NCBI RefSeq assembly: GCF_964355755.1
Contig: NC_092673.1
Coordinates: 20,085,648 to 20,149,647 of the forward strand
Length of the DNA: 64,000 nucleotides
Reading direction: 5' to 3'
Source: Antedon mediterranea
Lineage: Eukaryota; Animalia; Echinodermata
The notes under the pieces are model-generated. The model was not told the origin of the DNA. It ran no database searches and worked only from the letters and a program-made list of their open reading frames with translations. The translations under genes were made by a program, and so were the position numbers. Positions 26,306 through 38,035 of the stretch are shown piece by piece. How positions within the stretch are numbered: the stretch's first letter is position 1; the number at the start of each line of letters is the position of its first letter.

Positions 26306-29300
26306 ATGAATTCTAACGTGCATACCGGTAATGAACAAGAATTTGAAGACAGCAGTCTTAGCGGTAACGAGGAATTTTTGTTAGAAATTCTTGATGACAA
26401 CGATGAAATGGTAAGTTGAATCAATTTGTACAAAAAATAAAAATTTAAGTATATTATTTTCCAAATGTTATTAAGAATGACTTCTTTGTTCTGTCTGTTA
26501 CATGGATTTTGTTATTTAATTTTCAGATTCGATGTATAGAAGAGTTAATTGATGATCAGAACGAATTATGTAATGAAATGGTAAGTTACTAGTTCTATAA
26601 ATTTATTTTGAAAATGGTAATAATATATGATATTTAGTCTAATATAAAAAAAAAAATGTAACATTTTGTATTACAGTACGGTATTTTGAATAGAAGCAGT
26701 AATAACGAAGAAGATATGATTGAATTTAATTATGAAGGAGTAGGAAAATACCGTAAAGTAATGGTAAGTTCTTTTTTTAAACATTGTTTTTTTTTTATAA
26801 ATAGTATAATTATGTAAGATATATTGTTCTTAGTCTGTCTGTTTTATTCGTATTTTAGCACGGTAAGAGAAGAGGAGAGAAAAGATATTACGAGAATAAT
26901 GAAGAAGATAATAATGAATTTGACGAGGAATTAGTGCAGCGTGGAGCTGGAAATTTTCGTAAACAAATGGTAAGCTTGTACGGTTGTTTTCTTCTTTACT
27001 TATAGATCTTTTATTTATTTATTTTTTTCAATGATAAAATATAATATAATTGGAGTAAATTGTTATTATTTTTCTTGTATTTTAGCCTGCTAAGAGACCT
27101 CGCATTGATTCAGAGGAAGAGGAAGAGGATGAGCGTAACATAAACGCTGTAAATGTTGAAGATCTTTGTATTATAAGGAGACTTAGAGATAAGTTCAACA
27201 AACGTTTTAATTTATTTTCAAGTGATCATTTAGTTACTTTAGTAGGGTTAGACCAATTTCGTGTTATTGATGTTTTACCTTTATTAGTTAGGATATTTGA
27301 ACATGTGCTGAATACATTATGCCAAAATGTTCAACCACATGATAGAGTTAGGCTTGTTATTAACGCTAACGGTTTAGATATACCAATTTCCTTACCTTTT
27401 TTATTAAGAGAACATCTAACGCCAGAATTCATTTTAGCTGAGATAACTAAAGTCCTTCAATCACACATGGATATTTTAGTGGGGGATGGGTTAACCTTTA
27501 ACATTCAACACATATCCATGCCGTTTGGAGGTGGTAGTAATAATTTCTTTAAAAAGGGTATTGATAAAACCAAAAAAGGTGCGCGATGTTTAATTAGAAT
27601 TCAAAATGAAAACGACAAACAAATTTGCTGCGCGAGAGCTATTGTCACCGGTGTTTCATGGTTGGAAGATAAATTAAATAATAGAAAGCGATGGGATAAT
27701 ATTAGACGGGGTTTTAATTTACAAAAAGAAGCGGCTGAAAGTCTTTTATCGAGGGCTGGGGTAGATAAGGGTCCTTGTGGGATAACTCAGCTTAAGCGTT
27801 TTCAGGAAGCGTTACCAAATTATCAAATTATCGTTATCTCCAAGGATAATTTACATTCGATTATATTCAGTGGCGAACATAGAGAAAAACAAATATATTT
27901 GTATCACCACGATAACCACTATGACTTAATAACTAAATTAACTGCATTTTTTGAAGTAAGATACTTTTGCAACTTGTGTTTGAAAGGTTACAACAATAAA
28001 TTTGAACATAAATGTAAATTCAGTTGTGAGCTATGTTGCTCCCATGATTGCACTCCTTCATTGGAATCAGTAACTATCATTTCATGTAATGAATGTAATC
28101 GTTCTTTTAAAAATCAAAAATGTTTTAACAATCACAAATCTTCAAAAAATGGTACAAAAACGGTTTGTGATATTAAAAAAATCTGTAAGGAGTGCAATCG
28201 TTTCATTAAGAAGGATCATAAATGCAATGAATATACGTGTAAAGTATGTAATCTAAAAGTCCAAACAGGTCATCTTTGCTACATGAAAAACGTAATTGAT
28301 AAGAAAACCAACAAAACTAACGATGTAGATAAAAAGTCTGTGGAAAAATATTTCTTTTTCGATTTTGAATGTACCCAAGAAACGGGGGTTCACAATCCTA
28401 ATTTATGCGTTTTACAAAAAACGTGTTTAAATTGTATAACAGAGGATAAGGACTCTGATCAATGCAAAATTTGCGGGGATAAAACCAAAATTTTTGAGGG
28501 AGACGATGCATGTAATAAATTCTGTGATTATATCTTTAATTCGTATCCTTATAACTCAAATTTAACATGCATTGCTCATAATTTTCAGGTGTACGACAGT
28601 TACTTTATCATGAAGTATTTACACGGCGAAGGTATTATTCCGGAACCCATTTTTAGGGGTGGGAAAATAATGTCCCTTAAGGTAAAGAATACGTCAATTC
28701 GGTTCATAGATTCTCTTTCTTTTCTTCCTATGCCCCTTAGTAAATTACCCAAAACATTTGGAATTAACGAGCTGAAGAAAGGGTTTTTCCCTCATAGGTT
28801 CAACACTCGTGAAAATATAGATTATGTAGGGCCTTACCCCGACCCCTCATTGTATGATCCGGATTCAATGTCATCATCTGTGAGAGATGAATTTTTCTCT
28901 TGGTACAATCAAAAACAAAACGAAATATTTAGCCTCAGACAAGAACTAACCGATTATTGTATCAGTGATGTTGATATTTTAAGAAAGTGTTGTCTAACTT
29001 TTAGACATATCTTTAAACAAGTAACGGTACTCAATGATACTGTCGATAAAGATGGGGTTGATCCATTTTCAAACGGGCTTATTACAATAGCATCAGCATG
29101 TAGTTACGTTTTTGCCCGAAATTTTTTAAAACCTGATTCAATTGCCATATTCCCTCCATCAAATTTTGAAACTATTGATAACCATTCTTTTATGAGTATG
29201 GAATGGTTATCCTACGAATCTAAACGTAGAGGAATCAATATTCACCATGCGCGAAACGGTGGTGAAAAAGTATTTGGACCATATAAAATTGACGGGGCTT

Positions 29301-32300
29301 CTTTTGATCCTAATATTATATTTGAATTTATGGGGTGTATGTTTCATGGTTGTAAAAAATGCTATCGATCAGATACCAAAAATCCCTTTACCGGAGTTAC
29401 TATGGCTGACTCGTATCTGACAACAATAAAAAAATCAGAATTTCTGAAACAAAATTTTCCCCAATTCGAGTATGTAGAAATATGGGAACATGAGTGGAAG
29501 GAGCTTAAACGCTCTTTACCTCCTCTTTATCGACAGGAGATACTTGATGTACCTTACATTCACCCCACACTTAATCCAAGAGATGCTTTCTTTGGTGGAA
29601 GGACGAATGCTGCGCGATTATTCTACGAGGCTAACGAAGATGAAGAAATTCATTACGTTGATTTCACTAGCCTCTATCCGTATTGTAACAAATACGGAAC
29701 ATATCCCGTCGGTCACCCCAAAATTTTGGCATCTAAAAACATGTCGACGGATATTAATGACTATTTTGGCCTAATTAAATGCACGATTGAACCACCCAAA
29801 CATTTACTACATCCTGTATTACCATACAGGTTTAATGGTAAACTCATGTTTCCATTATGTCGCACGTGCGTAGAAAATCAATGCCAAGTGTCGTTTACAC
29901 ATTCTACTGACGAAAGGACTTTGGATGGTAGCTGGGTTACCACCGAAGTTCAGAAAGCAGTAGAAATGGGGTATAAAATTACCAAAGTACATGTAGCTTG
30001 GCACTTTCACCAAAGAAGCGAATAATCATACTAACCCCTCATCGGGCTTGTTCACTAATTAGATTAACACATTTTTGAAATTAAAGCAAGAATCCTCAGG
30101 TTGGCCTGATTGGTGTATTTCTGACGCTGCCAAACAGAAATACATCAATCAGTATGAAGAAAAAGAAGGGATAAAATTAAATCCCGATAAAATTGAATAT
30201 AACCCAGGATTAAGATCCTTGGCCAAACTCATGTTAAATTCTTTTTGGGGAAAGTTTGGCCAAAAGGAAAACCAGTCTAAAACGCTTTACAGCAACAATC
30301 CTAATGATGTATACGATCTTCTCTCTGACCCAGAGGTAATTGTAAATGACTTTAATCTAATCCATGACAATTTGGCCGAATTGAAATATCAAAATGAAAA
30401 GAAATCAATAACTTTCAACAAAAAATTTAACGTGGCAATTGCAGCCTTTACCACGGCCACAGCTAGACTAAAGCTGTACGAATTGTTAGAACATTTACAA
30501 GATCGTGTACTTTATTACGATACAGATTCTTGCGTTTTCGTTACTAATAAAACTAACCCTGATGAGTGGCAACCATCGCTTGGTGATTATTTGGGTGAAT
30601 TAACTAATGAAATAGATCTCAAAGACGGAAAATATATCTCGTGCTTTGTTTCGGGTGGTCCGAAAAACTATGTTTATAAACTGGATTCAGGCAAAACTGT
30701 CTGCAAAGTCAAAGGTTTGACTCTAAATTTTAAAAACTAGATGGCACGCTCTCGCTTCGCTCGCGTACCATCTAGGTCGTGCCCACAGATGGTTCTCGAA
30801 TACACAGTATTTCCAGCGACTATAATACATTGTCGTTTACAGAAACGAATAAATATACACAATGATTTATTTAGTCAACCAAAATTAGCACCCTGGGAAT
30901 TACTTCCGAGAGAGAAACAAAATGAGTCATTTTTTTTTTATTTGGACTCATTTAAACAAACCCAATTTGTGTTTTGTATGTAACATTAGGCCTAAGGGTT
31001 GAGGGATGGGGGAAGAAGATAGGTACAAAGAGGAAACATTTTAAAATATATTCTTATCCACTCAGTAACGAAATAATGTTTTTAATGTTTTAGGCCTATA
31101 AATAATATACCACTAAATACAGTAAAACATTTACGATTTAATACTTTGTTAAAACTCTCACTGTCATAGTCGATTGAAATAGTAAAGTACATGTAACGAT
31201 ACACCACTACGTAAGTTTATATATTTTTAAATTATTAATTAATACAAACGTTGAGAAGCAACTGTCAATAATAACGTTTATTTATTTGTATATTATATGT
31301 TTATAATCTAACAGTAGGGCCTACCCACATTCACAGTAATAAAGTTTATTTGTATATTTGTTTATATTATATCTAACAGTACCAACACTCACAGTAAGAA
31401 ATTTGCGATTCAAATTGCGATCAAAAGTGGTTAATACCTTAACAGTATTGTACAGCATTGCAATACTATTTATGTTTATTCTCCAAGGGGGCCCATAAAT
31501 CTAAATCTATACCTCTATGGTTAAACCAAATAATTTGGAATGTTCCATTCATCACAAATCAATACATTTGTAAAAACGTATATTACATGTATCAAAATAG
31601 CATTTTTTAAAGAAAATCGGCCTGTCTTCAACATTATGATGCTGTACTCGAACAGTTCAACCGGTTTTCAGCTATTAAAAATAATTATCGTAGGAGGAGA
31701 TAGGAAAATGCGAAGTGTCCTCGTATTATTGTGTGCGGGTATTTTTCAAATTGACATCCATTAGACAGTGTATACCACGATCGGAAAACACCCCTATTTG
31801 GGGCAAATCGTTGAACCTAAATTCGTTTTAATCGTCAATAACTAATTATCGAACTCAATTTAATTAGTAAACAGGGTTACATCAGGTGGTTAAAATTAAT
31901 ACCGAAAGTACGAACCAACTTTATATACCATCGAGTAAACATTCTAGAAATAACGCACGATTTACCGATTTTTGCCCTTACGTAAATTTATATATAGACT
32001 AGATGGTTCTCGAATACATAATAATTTCAGCGTTAAAAAACTTGCGATTTCAAATGTACGTACCGCAGGACAATAATACATGTCGTTTACAGGAACGAAT
32101 AAATAGACACTGTGATTTATGTACTGAACTAAAATTAGCACCCTGGGAATTACTTCCGAAAGAGAAACTTGTCACAAAATGAGACCAATTGTTTAAGTCA
32201 AATTTAAACAAACTTAATTTGTGTTTTGTATGTAACGTTAGGGTTGAGGGATGGGAAAGAGGATGGGTGCAAAGAAGAACAATTTTTAAATATATTCTTT

Positions 32301-33636
32301 ATCCATGTAGTAACGAAATATTAATTGTTTTCATGTTTTACAAATAATATACCACTAAACACAGTAAAACATTGCGATGTAATACTTTGTTGAAACTATC
32401 ACCGTCCTAGTCGATTGAAATAGTATAGTACATGTAACGATACATCACTACGACGTGTATAATATGTTTATATAATGTAAAACAATTTGTGAAAACCACC
32501 CCTATTCGTGGCAAATCATAAATTCGATTTAATCGTCAATAAATATTAAATTATCTAACTCAACTTAATCAGTAGGCCTAATGGTTTTCAATTGTTTCTT
32601 AGAGCCAATTCATACTTAAGTTGGTTCCTAACCCTACCCACCAAAGTTGTTCTGCGTTTAGAGCATGTGATGCACCGTAGGCCTATCCTCTACTGGCTTT
32701 ACAACGCTACTCATGCCAGTGAGGGAAGGGTGATGATGTCACGTGGGTGGTTTAACTGCAATAATAAAGATTTGCACATAATATACGGCGACTGAAAACG
32801 CTAGCTCATTATCCGTTAAAAAAAATCTATATCCAACCTCTGCAGCACAGATTGAAAAAAAAATGGATCGAATTTCTGTTATGAGTATACACATGGACCT
32901 CCATGGTATACAGTACTTGCCTTTACGACGCCTGAGGGAACAGACACTTGTGGAACAGAGATTGGAATGTTCCATTCATTTCAAATCAATACATTTGCAT
33001 AAACGTATATTAAATCTATCAAAATAGTATTTTTTAAAGAAAATCGGCCTGTCTTCAACATTATGATACTGTACTCGAGCTGTTCAACCGGTTTTCAGCT
33101 ATTAAAAACAATTATCGTAGGAGGAGATAGGAAAATGCGAAGCCTCCTCGAATTTTTGTGGCGGGTATTTTTCAAGATGGACATCCATTAGACAGTGTAT
33201 ACCACGATCGGAAAACACCTCTATTTGGGGCAAATCGTTGAACCTAAATTCGTTTTAATCGTCAATAACTAATTATCGAACTCAATTTAATTAGTAAACA
33301 GGGTTACATCAGGCGGTTAAAATCAGTACCGAAAGTACGAACCAACTTTATATACCATCGAGTAAACATTCTAGAAATAACGCGCGATTTACCGAATTTT
33401 GCCCTTACGTAAATTTATATATAGATGCTAAGAAAGTAAACTTTGACACAGTAAGTAGTATGGTAAGAGGAATCGGACCAGAAAAAATAACAACAACTAA
33501 CCCACACAAAATAACCCGAGACCCAAAATCTTGTTCAATTATTAATACATCATCTAACAAAGATTACCGGATTGTGTACAATAAAAGAATAATAATAGAG
33601 GATTACAAAACTGTTCTATACGGTTATGTTTGGTAA
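26306..33636 (+). pseudogene. pPolB: Protein-primed family B DNA polymerase, spliced: exons 26306-26410, 26527-26580, 26677-26763, 26859-26969, 27086 onward. Disrupted by a frameshift at ~30023, a TAG at 30060-30062 and a Helitron at 30737-33425
   Basis: ExoI FFDFEC, ExoII AHNFQVYD, ExoIII YCISDV, motif A VDFTSLYP, motif B KLMLNSFWGKFG, motif C YYDTDS, KVKG. The C-terminus resumes in frame at 33426 (NAKKVNFD...YRIVYNKR...YGYVW*). Confidence 0.95.
30737..33425 (-). mobile_element. Non-autonomous Helitron, two head-to-tail units (30737-31998 and 31999-33425)
   Basis: Minus-strand 5' TCTATATATAAA and 3' hairpin ending CTAG; inserted at A|T with no TSD; excising it restores the AAT codon and pPolB frame. 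Confidence 0.9.
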
Positions 33637-33851
33637 CTTCTATACTCACACGTACATTTATTGTGTTTAGGACCCTAATTGTATTTATTTTTATTTTATT
33701 GTAATTATTTATTTAATTAATTTTTTTCCTTTCACTTAAAATAAAATACAGAAGTGGTTATCGCGGTGATATAAATAAATTTATTTTTCTCTGTTCATAA
33801 TTAAACAAATTTACAACTGAAAACACCTGTGCATGTTTAAAAAAAAAATGA

Positions 33852-34451
33852 ATTCTGTCGTTAGATGTTAATTTTTTTTATATTTTTTTTTTTACTTATT
33901 CTTAGGATTTTAAATTCAAGTAAATAGTTCAGTAGTTAGTTATTAGTTTAAGTTATAATTATTTTTATTTATATTTTTTAAAGTAAGATGATCACTTGAA
34001 CGTTGAACTTATCTAGTACTCATTTTTAAGTAATTCATTTATTCTTTGTTTTATATATATATATATATATATATATTTTTAAAATTTAAATTCAAATAAT
34101 TTTGTAAATTTTATGTAATCGGTTGTACAATAACTTTGTAAATATCTATTTTATATTAAATTTCTGTCGTTAGATGTTAATTTTTTGTTACTTATTCTTA
34201 GGATTTTAAAATCAAGTAAATAGTTCAGTAGTTAGTTATTAGTTTAAGTTATCATTATTTTTATTTATATTTTGTTAAGTAAGATGATCACTTGAACGTT
34301 GAACTTATCTATTAGTACTCATTTTTAAGTAATTAGTTTATTCTTTGTTTTATATATATATATTTTTTTTTTATATTTAAATTCAAATAATTTTGTAAAT
34401 TTTATGTAATCGGTTTGTGCAATAACTTTCTAAATATCTATTTTATATTAA
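33852..34451. repeat. ~300-bp AT-rich tandem duplication between pPolB and the ATPase
   Basis: TTCTGTCGTTAGATGTTAATTTTT block repeats at ~33853 and ~34162 with colinear continuation. Confidence 0.85.
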
Positions 34452-34637
34452 TTGTACAATAATAATTTCTTTGATTAATTTACTGTACATAATGTAAAAA
34501 ACAAATACGCATTAGTGTTAATATGAATAAAGATTTAGATTTACGTTTTAAACATTGATTCAGTTTTATTGTTTAATTCGTGTCAAATAAGATGTTATAA
34601 AACGCAATTATTTAACTAAATTACCGTCATAATTGTA

Positions 34638-35273
34638 ATGGCGAGTCCTTTGATAACACCTTTCACCGCAGTTATTAGCGGTCCGACATCTTCGGGTAAA
34701 TCCGTCTTTGTAAGGAAATTGTTTGAAAATAATTATTTCAATAAACCCTTTGACGATATTTCATGGTGCTATGGTGAATATCAGAATTTATTTTCGGAAT
34801 TAAGTACAGCTGTATCAAATATAAGTTTTATGGAAGGTATACCTATCGAAACATTAGATGCGTTTGATTCGAGTAAAAATCATTTAGTAATTATAGATGA
34901 TTTGATGACAGAATGCAGTAGCGATAAAAGAGTCGTTAATTTGTTTACCAAAGGATCTCATCATAGAAACATTTCAGTGATATTTATAATGCAAAATTTC
35001 TTCTACGGTTCCAAAGAAATCCGTACCATTACTTTGAATGCTCATTATATCGTACTTTTTAAAAATCCACGGGATAAAACGCAAATATTGAATTTATCGA
35101 AACAAATGTATCCTGGCAAAGGGCGGTTCTTACAAGAGGCATTTAATGACGCTACGCGTGAATCGTACGGGTACTTATTCATTGATCTCAAACCATATAC
35201 GTCGGAAGAAATGAGAATACGAACAAATATCTTTTCAGTAGATAAACATTACGCTTACGTACCAAAAGTATAA
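34638..35273 (+). CDS. A32/FtsK-like genome packaging ATPase
   Basis: Walker A GPTSSGKS, Walker B LVIIDD, GSHHRNISV..Q, RTI..NA; intact 211-aa ORF. Confidence 0.95.
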   Translation: MASPLITPFTAVISGPTSSGKSVFVRKLFENNYFNKPFDDISWCYGEYQNLFSELSTAVSNISFMEGIPIETLDAFDSSKNHLVIIDDLMTECSSDKRVVNLFTKGSHHRNISVIFIMQNFFYGSKEIRTITLNAHYIVLFKNPRDKTQILNLSKQMYPGKGRFLQEAFNDATRESYGYLFIDLKPYTSEEMRIRTNIFSVDKHYAYVPKV

Positions 35274-35321
35274 CACACGTGATTTGAAATTATTCTATTC
35301 ATTCCAATACAAACTCACAAC

Positions 35322-35648
35322 ATGTCAAAACGTATCAAAAAGAACGCAGAGACTTTAAAGTTTTTAGCTAAATGTACGCCTAAACAAAGAAAGGCCCTGC
35401 TTGAGAATGCCGACAGTCAATTAGTAACAGCAATCTGTGAGTGTGCAAAGAACATCTTAAAAGGTAGTGTACCGGTGTCTAGTGCTCATAAGAAGAAGTT
35501 GGCGAAGCATAGGAAACACTTGCGTGATATTTCTAATAAAGCTATACCTACGCTTCGACGTAAGCGTATACTACTTCAAAAGGGAGGATTTCTTAGTCTT
35601 ATTTTGAAACCTATATTACAGACTCTGGGTGGATTACTTTTGGAATAA
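35322..35648 (+). CDS. Small basic Polinton virion protein with a C-terminal amphipathic peptide after a QKGG site
   Basis: 108 aa, K/R-rich; ends LLQKGG|FLSLILKPILQTLGGLLE; position downstream of the ATPase. Confidence 0.8.
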   Translation: MSKRIKKNAETLKFLAKCTPKQRKALLENADSQLVTAICECAKNILKGSVPVSSAHKKKLAKHRKHLRDISNKAIPTLRRKRILLQKGGFLSLILKPILQTLGGLLLE

Positions 35649-35649
35649 A

Positions 35650-36393
35650 ATGGAGCACACAAAAAAATTGATTGTAGTTCCTCAAGAATTGGCAAATACA
35701 TTGCTACATAGCAAACACTATGAACAAAAGCACAAAACAATAACTAACGGATTAGACGACTCTATGCAGACTATTCTTAATAGACAGGATATTAGCGATC
35801 ACGATAAAATCACAATGTACAATCAAGTACTTCAGCGTTTTTTAAATAAAGAGAAGCCCGTTAACAACCCTTCACCTATGAACATAAATATGCATGGACC
35901 TCTTAATGACGAAGACAAGAATGATGAATCGACAGAAGCAATTAAGGATGATTCGATGACAAAAGAAGTATTGCAAAGCATGCCTATATCGTTAAAATCA
36001 AAAACTAAGACATTTTTAGATCGAATAGACCGATACAGAAATATGGGTATTTTAGATTGGACAAAATACGGTGAAATGATCATCGAAGGAGAATTGCTAA
36101 AGGGTAGTAATTTATTTGATTTAACCAAAGATATGATACAAGAAAGGCGAGGATTTGAACCAGTGGGGTGGAAAGAATTTATATCGTTGTTGGCTAAGTT
36201 GAACACGCCAGAAAGTTTGATTGGAAATGCTACACGACGCAACATGTTGCAACGTCTAAAATCTGGTGAAATAAGCCCTCTTTCAAAAACCACATCTACA
36301 AAATCTAAACGACTTGAAAGATTTGATGACGACGATGACGATGAAGATAAAAAATATACTATTACTAAAAAGAAACGTACTAAAACTTTCTAA
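35650..36393 (+). CDS. Conserved Polinton protein of unknown function, probably 3'-truncated
   Basis: MEHTKKLIVVP..YNQVLQRF..WTKYGEMII.G..GSNLFDL..PVGW.EF..L...N.P..LIGN; its end collides with the truncated protease. Confidence 0.75.
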   Translation: MEHTKKLIVVPQELANTLLHSKHYEQKHKTITNGLDDSMQTILNRQDISDHDKITMYNQVLQRFLNKEKPVNNPSPMNINMHGPLNDEDKNDESTEAIKDDSMTKEVLQSMPISLKSKTKTFLDRIDRYRNMGILDWTKYGEMIIEGELLKGSNLFDLTKDMIQERRGFEPVGWKEFISLLAKLNTPESLIGNATRRNMLQRLKSGEISPLSKTTSTKSKRLERFDDDDDDEDKKYTITKKKRTKTF

Positions 36394-36698
36394 GCCTGTA
36401 AACCCGTATCATTAAAAGTCCACGTGTTTACCGTACGATTTAGAAAATTTACAAAATGATTACTGTAATATTGAGGCGAATGTCCGAATGAATCAAACAA
36501 TTCACCCTCGTTAATATTGTTTAGAAAAAAAGCGACCCAATGCGAACCGTTTTGACTACTATCATCAACATTTGCTATGTATGCACTAGGGTAACTTTTT
36601 ATTCTTTTAGGTAACAAATCTGAAGGATATACACCTCGAAAGTATCTTTGAGTTAATGGATCAGATTTAACTAATTTTAAAAGTTGCACAGTATCCAT
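36390..36698 (-). pseudogene. Adenain-type (C5) maturation protease, truncated before the catalytic Cys
   Basis: MDTVQL..FRGVYPSD..IANVD....GSHWVAF..FDSFG..LQA*; the expected S..CG motif is absent. Confidence 0.9.
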
Positions 36699-36712
36699 GA
36701 TTTTTTTTTTTT

Positions 36713-38022
36713 TTAAGTCTAAAATTACGTTACGAGACTTATCGATTTCTATTAATGAATCAAATTCTGAATAAACTATTACGTTAATTGTTTCGACCAA
36801 AGCGGTAGCTAATTGAATTTCAAGACGTATATTGCCGTGTTTAATTAAATTGAAATGTCCACTGCTTGATAAATCGGGTGTAAGGTCGAATGCAAACAAC
36901 GTGTATCCTCTGGCGTAGTCTTCTCTGGATATTTGATTTCCCGTGTCGTCGAATAATGTATTTAATCCGGAGAATAAACTTTGATAGGCTAAAATATAAC
37001 TTCCTTCACCGTTTGCTTCAAAATTAGGCTTTAATGGTTTCCAAGGTATTTGCTCACCGTCCAAATATAAGGATATAAAATTTGTGTTAAAGTGTTGAAA
37101 ATTAAATGGATTTTTGCTATAATCACCGTTGAAAGCGTCGGTTCCTACTAATCCTACCACTAAGCGTTTCGGTAGATTCCCGTTGTACAGCGACTCTCGG
37201 GTAAAGGAAAGGTTCCCCCGCGGTATCGACAGCGTTTTAACCGCGACCCGCCGAAGAGGGTATTTAGCTGACCCGCGCTCCAGCGCTTTTGCATGAGCCA
37301 ACGCTATAGATGGATTTAGTTTCACTTTTCGTACGTAAATAGATGCAGCTTCTAACTTGTGCACCGGATGACATCAAACAGAATGCGTTTTTACTTCGAT
37401 GCAGTTTTAATTTAATGTCAACTCCATTCAGCATCATACGATCTTGAAAGAATATATCGCAATGAATAGGTCCTATCAAATCAACCAATCGACTTCCTCG
37501 TATGTACTGAGATCGTTTTTTAAGTCCTTGATTCGCAGCAGCATCGTCTAAAGTTGGATTTGCTACATCCATTCTACCCGCTGTATCTTTATAAAACAAT
37601 CCACCTGTAAGGTGAGTTTCCTTCGCGTCAGCACCGTACGTTAACAAGGTTTCAATCATCGCTCTGTACGAATAAGTGTTATTCGATGGAGTAATTAATC
37701 TCTCATTCAAAGAAACGTCAACTTCATTGAATAAGGACTGTAGTAGTAAATTAGTTGGTCCAACAGGATCGTCAGCATGCAAATCTGTTCCATCGCCTCT
37801 TGTAATTTTAACTTTAACGCGTAGCATAGTCTGTGATAAATCTACGTATTCTTCGGTGGAACCTTGAATGTTAAATTGAACCGGTCCTGTATCGGTAATA
37901 CTATTGAAAGGATGATACTGAACCCATTGTCCCTTTTTTATACTTGTTTGAGTCGGTGGAACAGAAAACAAATCCAATTCTGACTTTAAAAATTCGCAAG
38001 ATTGTTTGTGTACGTACGCCAT
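36713..38022 (-). pseudogene. Double jelly-roll major capsid protein, frameshifted at ~37365 and at its stop
   Basis: MAYVHKQSCE..KSELDLFSVPPTQ..SLFNEVDV..YSYRAMIETLL; second frame LPKRLVVG..NPFNF..FAFDLTPD..EIDKSRNV. Confidence 0.92.
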
Positions 38023-38035
38023 AGTAATTATATTA

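Noticed and set aside
30023-30062. Programmed frameshift or stop read-through in pPolB
   Set aside because: A frameshift plus a TAG at a normally Tyr position, together with other lesions in the element, is better explained by decay
30741-30983. 80-aa ORF directly after the pPolB fragment, as a possible Polinton gene
   Set aside because: Lies in the Helitron 3' end; the same sequence occurs outside the Polinton at 48985
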